Source: a virus (lineage: Duplodnaviria; Caudoviricetes). From it: a DNA stretch of 64,000 nt. Under the pieces are notes generated by a model that had not been told where the DNA came from, ran no database searches, and was given only the letters and a program-made list of their open reading frames with translations. Shown piece after piece: positions 1-6,415 of this stretch (positions are counted from its first letter, which is position 1; each line of letters opens with the position of its first letter). Both the position numbers and the translations under genes were made by a program. Location of the stretch: the IMG/VR virus record IMGVR_UViG_3300031853_000021, positions 14,689 to 78,688 of that record. One strand, 5' to 3'.

Positions 1-896
1 TCCTTTTTAAGGACTTCCGGTGCGACTTTCCCCAGGTATCCGACGATCGCGGTCAGCATGTCGCCAGGGCTTTCCATGTAGAAGTCGACGATATCCTGGA
101 CATCCGACCATCTTTCCGCCAGCTTCTCTCTGCGTGTGTCCCCGCTGCCGTAGATGTCCAGCAGAACCTTGACCGCCAGCTGCTTGTCTGACTGATCCGG
201 GAACGTCTTCTTTGGTGCCGCTGCCTTCGCGTCTCCTCTTGCGTATGCCTGCCACTGGTCCCTTGTCATGTATGCGATGTTCATGTCAAGGCCGTGCTGT
301 CTCGTGCATCTGTATCCCTTGATGGATCCAGAAGGGCTGTACTGATGGATGGCAATGTTCCTTCCCCATGCCCCGCAAGGCTTTCCGTCGGTCCACGGAT
401 TTCCCTGGTAGCCCGTGATGTCATAATCTGCATACTGCGCCATCCACAGGCCGCAGTGCTTCGCGACCGGCGACCAGTCGCGCCGGCGCGTCACGGATGC
501 CGAAGTGTACAGAAGCGGCCACACGCCTGTCTTGTCGTGGACGCGCTGCATGAACTTCGCGACCCATTCGACTTCCCTGGATGTATTGAACACCCAGTTT
601 TCGCCGCCGTAACGGTTGTGTTCCCAGTCCAGGAACAGCGCGCAGCCTCCGGCCCTGTGTCCGACGATCCGAAGGAAATAGTCCGCCTCTGCATTCGCGT
701 CGCCGCCTGAAGCGTAATGGTAGGCGCCGACCAGCTTCCCGGCTGCTACGGCCTGCGCGTAGTGCTTCGAAAAATACGGGTTTGTGTAGCCGGTGCCCTG
801 CGTAGCCTTCACGATCACGAAGTCCGCTTCGATCTTTGTGCAGTCCATTCCCGCCTGATAGCTGGCGATGTCTACGCCATTCATGACTTCTTTCAT
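1..896 (-). CDS. GH25 muramidase endolysin with Cpl-7-like C-terminal repeat (partial, runs off window start; absent from ORF track)
   Basis: Manual translation from ATG 896 (GGAGG RBS upstream): MKEVMNGVDIASYQ...VKATQGTGYTNP...GAYHYA...LFLDWE; C-terminal LAVKVLLDIYGSGDTRREKL; frame is still open at base 1. Confidence 0.85.
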   Translation of the reverse strand, partial: MKEVMNGVDIASYQAGMDCTKIEADFVIVKATQGTGYTNPYFSKHYAQAVAAGKLVGAYHYASGGDANAEADYFLRIVGHRAGGCALFLDWEHNRYGGENWVFNTSREVEWVAKFMQRVHDKTGVWPLLYTSASVTRRRDWSPVAKHCGLWMAQYADYDITGYQGNPWTDGKPCGAWGRNIAIHQYSPSGSIKGYRCTRQHGLDMNIAYMTRDQWQAYARGDAKAAAPKKTFPDQSDKQLAVKVLLDIYGSGDTRREKLAERWSDVQDIVDFYMESPGDMLTAIVGYLGKVAPEVLKK

Positions 897-921
897 TATA
901 AAAACCTCCGTCTTCTGATGT

Positions 922-2739
922 TCAAGCGATCGACGCGCCGCGCGGGATCATCGTCTTCACCTGCCTGAATGCCGCCTTTTCGCAGACGTGCACGGTCTTC
1001 TGGTATTTCTTGCCCGCCAGCATATAGGTGACGGTCTTTCCGACCATGTTCTTTTCACCCTTCGCCGTGATCACTCCGCCCGCGATCGTCAGCTCTGTGC
1101 GTCCGCATACGTCGCCGGGGAGCAGGTTTCCATATTTCTGATATGCTTTCTGTGCGGCTTTTGTCTTCGCGTCCACTCCGATCGTCCCGATCGGCCAGGA
1201 CTTCCATCCGGTGTGCAGGATCCAGTCGGGGCTGATGGCCTTGATAAAGCTTTCCGTGTCTCCTGTATATAATCCGTGGTGGCTGGTCTTGTAGACATCG
1301 ACATGCCCGACTTTTGCAGGGTCGAATTTAGATTCTTTTTTCCCGCAGTGGTGATCGCCGCATGTCAGCATCCGGATCCCGGCGACTTCGATCAGGGTAC
1401 ACAGGGACCGCATGTTTGTAGAATCCGTGCTGCTCCCTGTCTGCTGGAAGACGACCGTCCCATGAATCTTCCCGGTGTCGAATGTGCTGCCCTGCTTCAG
1501 GACGACAACTTCCGTCCCGTACTTCTTGCAGTCGGCCAGCAGGGTCTTGTACCTGTTTTTGTATTCGCCGGCGATGGTGCTTTCAGCAGGAACATAGCAC
1601 CGTTTTATCCGCTTCGCCTTTACCAGAGCGTTCGCGTTGGACGACATATGGTCGCTGTGAGGGTGGCTGATGTACAGGTCCACGCGGTCGCAGTCTTTGA
1701 TCTCTTCCTTGATCCTGTCCATGGCGCCGGTCTTGAATGCGTCCATAATGAGGGCGCTTTTTGCGTCGTCCTTTACGATCACAAGATCCCCCTGCAGGCC
1801 GTCAATTTCTTTTGTGCTCCGGTCCTTGTCCCTGAACAGAGAAATGATCCTGCCGGATACTGACGTGCCTGTGGCCGCGGCAGGCTGCTGCAGTGCTTTG
1901 TTTACTTCCTTCTGCACTGCCGCGGGATCATAGCCGCAGAACTTAAGGAGCAGTTCCCGGATCGCGTTGGTCCCGAACTTGTCCTGAAGAACCAGCTGTG
2001 CGGCCTCCGCGTTCGTCCTTCCTTTCAGCGCGTAGATGTCGTCGATCTTATCCTGGACGGCAGTCGCCCAATTTCCGAGGCGCTTTCTCCTGTATTTTCC
2101 TTTTCCTGCATGGTTGGCGATCACATAGACGGCCAGGTCGAATACGGTCTTGTCGATATCATTCCACACCCGGTCGACTTCGTCCTGGATCTTTTCGGCG
2201 TTCTTCTTTCCGAACACCGACAGCTGCTTCATTCTCGTATCGCCCGAACTGTAGACGTTCAGAATACAGTCCGCGGCCGCGATTGCGATCTGCAGGTTTG
2301 TCATGTCGGGCATCGCCTTGTACTTCGGCCTGACGTATCCGATCACGGACCTGCCTTTGTAGCTGCGCCGTCCGCAGCCTCCGTTGTAGTTCCCGGCCAC
2401 GTCGATGTAGAAGCCGACATTTGCTTCTGTATGGTTTGGCTTTCCGCTGGATCCAAATACAAGGATATCGCCCGGAAGGATTCCATTAGTCCCGCCGTGC
2501 CAGATGCCCTTCTTCTGCGCGTTCTTTTTCAGCGTCCCGCTGATCTGCGCATATCCTCCGATCAGGTCGATCCCGCCGGCGCGATGCATGGCCGCCATCA
2601 AGGTTTCAGTGCACCATGCGTCTTTCATTGTGGCGTGATGCCCGAAGCCGTTCAGGTCTTTGATCACGTCTTCGTGTGCTGAATCGCTCCCGTCGTACTT
2701 TGTGAGTGCTTCCAAAAAATCCCATACTGTACACGCCAT
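922..2739 (-). CDS. Multidomain cell-wall hydrolase: CHAP-like domain + Cpl-7-like repeats + metallo-beta-lactamase-fold (ComEC/Pce-like) domain
   Basis: AWCTET and PNHTE (Cys/His), VIGYVRPKY; GYDPAAVQKEVN repeat; HPHSDH, GD and KTSHHG MBL motifs. Confidence 0.75.
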   Translation of the reverse strand: MACTVWDFLEALTKYDGSDSAHEDVIKDLNGFGHHATMKDAWCTETLMAAMHRAGGIDLIGGYAQISGTLKKNAQKKGIWHGGTNGILPGDILVFGSSGKPNHTEANVGFYIDVAGNYNGGCGRRSYKGRSVIGYVRPKYKAMPDMTNLQIAIAAADCILNVYSSGDTRMKQLSVFGKKNAEKIQDEVDRVWNDIDKTVFDLAVYVIANHAGKGKYRRKRLGNWATAVQDKIDDIYALKGRTNAEAAQLVLQDKFGTNAIRELLLKFCGYDPAAVQKEVNKALQQPAAATGTSVSGRIISLFRDKDRSTKEIDGLQGDLVIVKDDAKSALIMDAFKTGAMDRIKEEIKDCDRVDLYISHPHSDHMSSNANALVKAKRIKRCYVPAESTIAGEYKNRYKTLLADCKKYGTEVVVLKQGSTFDTGKIHGTVVFQQTGSSTDSTNMRSLCTLIEVAGIRMLTCGDHHCGKKESKFDPAKVGHVDVYKTSHHGLYTGDTESFIKAISPDWILHTGWKSWPIGTIGVDAKTKAAQKAYQKYGNLLPGDVCGRTELTIAGGVITAKGEKNMVGKTVTYMLAGKKYQKTVHVCEKAAFRQVKTMIPRGASIA

Positions 2740-2765
2740 CGTGTTCCCTCCGTCTGCCCTGCAGA

Positions 2766-3266
2766 TTAGTCAGCAATAAATTCCACGTGTTCCGGGCGGC
2801 CGCTCACATAGTAGCCACTTGCCGTCTTGTACATGACGCCTTCCGGCGTTGTGGCCTTCTGTGTCACCCTTCTTTCGTCGAATTTGGTGACGCCGCAGAC
2901 GGTGTCGGAAGAAAAAGACGGCGCCCTGTGCAGGCGAAGCTTTCCGTCGAACACGCGGCGAACCACGCCGGTCACGCTTTCTTCTTTGATCCCGTCCGGC
3001 TCCTGCTCCTGGACTTCCTGTTCCTCTGCAGGCTTTTCGTCGGGCGCCTCCTGCTGCTGGCCGCCTTCCTGCTCCTGTGCGGTTTCGCCGACTGCTGCCG
3101 TCTCTTCCTCCTGCTGTTCTCCCTTTGAATCCTCGACGGGTTCCGGGTAAATCTGAACAGCATCTTCGTCGTACACGCTCATGCCGTTCTTGTCCGCTGC
3201 CTTCTTTGCGCCGTCCAGTGTCTTGTATTCCTTCGCGCTTTCGAAGTCATAGCCTGTGTAGTACAT
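2766..3266 (-). CDS. Conserved lysis-module protein, putative non-catalytic cell-wall-binding protein
   Basis: Homologue at 40002-40457; KEYKTLDGAKKAAD motif, E/Q-rich linker, beta-rich C-terminus. Confidence 0.6.
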   Translation of the reverse strand: MYYTGYDFESAKEYKTLDGAKKAADKNGMSVYDEDAVQIYPEPVEDSKGEQQEEETAAVGETAQEQEGGQQQEAPDEKPAEEQEVQEQEPDGIKEESVTGVVRRVFDGKLRLHRAPSFSSDTVCGVTKFDERRVTQKATTPEGVMYKTASGYYVSGRPEHVEFIAD

Positions 3267-3298
3267 TCTTGTCCTCCTTCTTTAGTGGTGCCTGGCGG

Positions 3299-3550
3299 TC
3301 AGTTCGGCTCGTCGTACTCGCGGGCGCGGTCAGAATCTGACACGCCCTTCGTCGTCGGATCTACGACGACGCCCATGATCACCAGCACGGCGAACAGTGC
3401 CTCGATGATAGCGGTCAGCTGTGCATTGATTGTTTCGGTGTCGATCTGGAACCCGAACAGCGCCGCGACTGCCCTGATCAGTGTCAGGACCGCAGGGATG
3501 AATGCAAGCCAGAACCATTTATTTTTAATCCTTACCTTCCAGTTGATCAT
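3299..3550 (-). CDS. Phage holin (phiLC3-like)
   Basis: MINWKVRIKNKWFWLAFIP start, two hydrophobic segments, GVVVDPTTKGVSDS end. Confidence 0.85.
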   Translation of the reverse strand: MINWKVRIKNKWFWLAFIPAVLTLIRAVAALFGFQIDTETINAQLTAIIEALFAVLVIMGVVVDPTTKGVSDSDRAREYDEPN

Positions 3551-3572
3551 GATTCCTCCTGGTTTTTTTAAT

Positions 3573-3601
3573 ACGCGGAAGGCTTGCCCGGCCTCCCGCG
3601 T
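3573..3601 (-). promoter_or_regulatory. Stem-loop just upstream of the holin RBS
   Basis: ACGCGGAAGGC-7nt-GCCTCCCGCGT; the stem is conserved at 42236-42263. Confidence 0.4.
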
Positions 3602-3610
3602 CTGCCTCGT

Positions 3611-3940
3611 TTATACTGTTTTCTTTCCCGGCGCATCCGGCCGAATCTGCAGAAGTGATTCCATCCGGTCGACCCGCTTGTGCAAAGACTTCATGCTTTC
3701 TTCTGTCCTGATCGTCCGCTCGTTCACGCGCTCCATCTCCTCTTTGTGGGATTTGATGTCCTGCTTTACCTCGATCAGCGAATTCTGGATGATCTCCAGC
3801 TTTGTCAGGATTGCACTTTCCTGCTTTCCGACTTCTTCCGCTTCCTTGCGGTCGTCTTTCCCGGATACTTTATTCCCGTTGTAGATCGAAAACAAAAGCG
3901 CCAGCACAGAGATAACAACTGCGGCCCACTGTGGTGTCAT
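3611..3940 (-). CDS. Membrane-anchored coiled-coil lysis-module protein (XhlA-like)
   Basis: N-terminal hydrophobic helix, C-terminal SMKSLHKRVDRME; homologue at 42278-42607. Confidence 0.6.
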   Translation of the reverse strand: MTPQWAAVVISVLALLFSIYNGNKVSGKDDRKEAEEVGKQESAILTKLEIIQNSLIEVKQDIKSHKEEMERVNERTIRTEESMKSLHKRVDRMESLLQIRPDAPGKKTV

Positions 3941-3943
3941 TCT

Positions 3944-4195
3944 TCATGTCCTCCTGAGTTTGTGTTCTATTCTGTCCAGCTGCCTGTCCGCGTCTTCCCG
4001 CGCCCGGCGCAGGTCTTCCCGGATAGCTTCTTCCATTTTCGTCCGTTCGATCAGTTCCGCCTGTTTCCGGATGATCCGCGCCATCGTGTCTGTGACTTCG
4101 CACATCATGTCCACGACTTCCAGCAGTCCGCCGGAGCCGCCATCCCACGGCGGCGTGTCCCTTTCGCTCATGCTTTCCTGATCCTTTCCTGTCAC
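3944..4195 (-). CDS. Conserved hypothetical phage protein
   Basis: Homologue at 42612-42863 (PPWDGGSGGLLEVVDMMC). Confidence 0.7.
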   Translation of the reverse strand: MTGKDQESMSERDTPPWDGGSGGLLEVVDMMCEVTDTMARIIRKQAELIERTKMEEAIREDLRRAREDADRQLDRIEHKLRRT

Positions 4196-4332
4196 TCTTC
4201 CTCTTCGACGATCAGCTCTTCCATGCCGCTTTCGATCAGGATCTCGCGGACCTGGTCTTTAAGAAGGCGCGGAACCTGCGCGAATGTCTTCTTTCCCAGA
4301 ATGATCTTCTGTGCCCATAACATGGCCATCAT
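4192..4332 (-). CDS. Small CD1375/XkdX-like protein
   Basis: MMAMLWAQKIILGKKTFAQVPRLLKDQV, GGAGG RBS; homologue at 42860-42997. Confidence 0.7.
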   Translation of the reverse strand: MMAMLWAQKIILGKKTFAQVPRLLKDQVREILIESGMEELIVEEEE

Positions 4333-4379
4333 CGTGTCGACCTCCTTTCCATAGAATAATTGCATTAACGCCCGCCAGA

Positions 4380-4763
4380 TCATTCATACACCACTTCAGA
4401 CATTTCCATGATGCACTCTTCCAGCATGGCGATCTGCTCTTTCTGCTCGCTGACGATCTTCGTCAGCTGCGCCCGCGTCATCGCTTCTTCTTCGGGCGCT
4501 GGCGGATCCGGATCCGGATGCGTGTCGTCCATTCCGTACTGCCACCACTTCGCGAAGTCCTCTTCGATCTCCTGCGCCGTCGCGGCCTTGCCGTCAGGCA
4601 TGAAGAACTGTACTTCATCGAACCGGTACATCGTCCGATCCGGCTGATCCTCCTGTTTGTACGGCTGGATATTGTCCGCAAGACGGACGAATATCTTCCC
4701 GCCCGGCAGATGTTCCAGTGTCACCTTCTGCGGCTTCTCTGCCGCGTCGCTCTTGTAATACAT
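4380..4763 (-). CDS. Hypothetical protein, position typical of an XkdW-like/tail-fibre chaperone
   Basis: MYYKSDAAE start after AAAGGAG; 127 aa, near-identical homologue at 43057-43440; precedes the CD1375-like gene. Confidence 0.6.
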   Translation of the reverse strand: MYYKSDAAEKPQKVTLEHLPGGKIFVRLADNIQPYKQEDQPDRTMYRFDEVQFFMPDGKAATAQEIEEDFAKWWQYGMDDTHPDPDPPAPEEEAMTRAQLTKIVSEQKEQIAMLEECIMEMSEVVYE

Positions 4764-4782
4764 GCAGCCACTCCTTTCTTTT

Positions 4783-6006
4783 CTACTGGTCCAGCCGCTG
4801 ATAAAATGCATTTATTTCCCTGGCGGTCCGCATCAGGTCATCTATGTGATACTTTTCAATCAGGCCGTCTGAATCCGTTTGAATGACATAGCTGTTATAT
4901 GAGATAATCTTCCGCGCTCTATCTCGCCGCAGCGTGCCTGTTTCTGTCAGCTCCCTGTATCCTCTAATGAATTGTCTTCTTGCCCTCCGGAAGACGCGCC
5001 TGCGGATCGTGATGTGCGTCCTGCTTATCCTGTATCCCGCCATGTCCAGCATCGGAACGCCGCGCTGCGCTTTTCCCGGAAGGCTTCGCCGTCGCTTTTC
5101 TTCTTCGATTGTCAGGATCTTGCTGATTCCGGATGTCGTCTTCAGTTCAATCCCCATTTTCTCCCGGAAGTATTTATCCAGATGCTTCGTCGCCCGTTTC
5201 ATCCCTTTTATGGATCTGGACATCAGCGCGAAGTCATCCATGAAGGTGACGGTGCGGATCACGTACGGGATCTTCTTCCCGCGCCGCGTGGTTCCCTGTG
5301 CATACAGGTCGCGGATCGCGTAGGACATCGCGAAATTGAACAGCCAGGCATCGATGTACCCGCCGATGATCAGATGCCCGTCCGGCGCGATCCGTCCCAG
5401 ATATTCCAGCAGGACGATCGCGGCCTTCGCTTTCGGGATCTCCTTCTTCAGGATGTCCACGCAGACCTGATACTTCAGCGTCGCGTATGCGTGGACGACG
5501 TCCGTCTTCTGGATGTACCTGACGCCGACCGTCTCCTTCAGAAGGTATCTGTGCGCCTGATCCTTCAGCAGCGTCTGACCGCGTCCCGGAATGCTGGCGT
5601 GCTGCGTCGGCAGAAGCCGCGCGTTGATCAGCGGTTCGATCATCAGCTTTTCGATGTGTCCGATCAGCTGATGCAGGATGGACAACAGTGCGATGTCCCG
5701 TGTCTTCCCTGTCATGCCGTCCGGACGCTGGCGGATCGTCGGCGGCTCCATGTCGTCCGGTTCGATCCCGTATTCGACCAGATCTTCCACGACGCCGTAC
5801 AGCATCAGCCCGATCGAATGGATCGCTTCTTCCTTCACACGTCTGGATCCGGACAGATCGTCGATCAGGATTTCCGTCCTTCCGATTCCGGCGTACTTCT
5901 CGATGAATACCAGAATGTCGCGGTGCTTCCATTTGCTTTTGAAACATTCTTCGACTGCTTCTTCGCATAGCTTCAGGGACAGCTTCCTGTATCTCTTCGT
6001 GTGCAT
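4783..6006 (-). CDS. DGR reverse transcriptase, left copy (407 aa)
   Basis: RT motifs GKTRDI, QHASIPGRG, KTDV, IIGGYIDAW, TFMDDF, LDMAGY; adjacent to the TR/VR pair. Confidence 0.92.
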   Translation of the reverse strand: MHTKRYRKLSLKLCEEAVEECFKSKWKHRDILVFIEKYAGIGRTEILIDDLSGSRRVKEEAIHSIGLMLYGVVEDLVEYGIEPDDMEPPTIRQRPDGMTGKTRDIALLSILHQLIGHIEKLMIEPLINARLLPTQHASIPGRGQTLLKDQAHRYLLKETVGVRYIQKTDVVHAYATLKYQVCVDILKKEIPKAKAAIVLLEYLGRIAPDGHLIIGGYIDAWLFNFAMSYAIRDLYAQGTTRRGKKIPYVIRTVTFMDDFALMSRSIKGMKRATKHLDKYFREKMGIELKTTSGISKILTIEEEKRRRSLPGKAQRGVPMLDMAGYRISRTHITIRRRVFRRARRQFIRGYRELTETGTLRRDRARKIISYNSYVIQTDSDGLIEKYHIDDLMRTAREINAFYQRLDQ

Positions 6007-6197
6007 AATTCTTTATTTTGTGAAGCGGCGTTCGGTTGCGGTCTGACCTTAAAGCAGATCCGGCCTTGTTACTACTTGCCGCACGCGCAGCCCACAGCTG
6101 CGTGTTCCCCTTTCGAAGATTCCGGTTTTACTGATTTTTGCTTGCGCATGGATATGCAGACGCACATCAGCAGACTTTCGCCTGCCTTCATGAAAAT

Positions 6198-6341
6198 AAG
6201 TCGCGGACGGCTGTTCCAGTTCGCGTTACCGGGCGTGTTGTTGCCATTCTCGCACGCCAGCCCGGCATTCGCCCCGTTGTTCAAGTTCGCGAACCGCCAC
6301 GGGCAGCGAACCCCGGCGGAGCCGGTACCGTTGAAGGCCGA
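6198..6341 (-). ncRNA. DGR template repeat (TR), copy 1
   Basis: 144-bp match to 6443-6586; 11 AAC/AAT codons and 27 adenines on the sense strand; lies outside the target gene. Confidence 0.95.
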
Positions 6342-6379
6342 TCCCGCGCCTGCATACCCTGTTTGTTTATAGTTACATC

Positions 6380-6415
6380 AGGGGACTTCCCCCTCTGGAC
6401 GTCTTACGACGTCCA
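6380..6415 (-). promoter_or_regulatory. Tandem hairpins downstream of VR (DGR target-recognition element)
   Basis: TGGACGTC-GTAA-GACGTCCA (8-bp stem, 4-nt loop holding the TAA stop) followed by AGGGG-AAGT-CCCCT. Confidence 0.75.

Noticed and set aside
922-1860. MBL domain as an antibiotic-resistance beta-lactamase
   Set aside because: Motif pattern is ComEC/Pce-like and it is fused to lysin domains; the MBL fold alone does not imply resistance
4380-4763. 127-aa gene next to RT as an Avd homologue
   Set aside because: Sequence looks mixed beta/alpha with a Pro-rich linker and sits before a CD1375-like gene, as tail-associated genes usually do; no resemblance to the four-helix Avd seen, though a structure search is needed
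4783-6006. RT as group II intron, retron or Abi RT
   Set aside because: No maturase/endonuclease extension or intron boundaries; the adjacent A-specific TR/VR pair defines a DGR
6072-6284. 70-aa ORF (MNNGANAGLACENG...) as a possible accessory gene
   Set aside because: It is the TR read in the VR frame from a TTG with no RBS; Asn-richness reflects AAC codons
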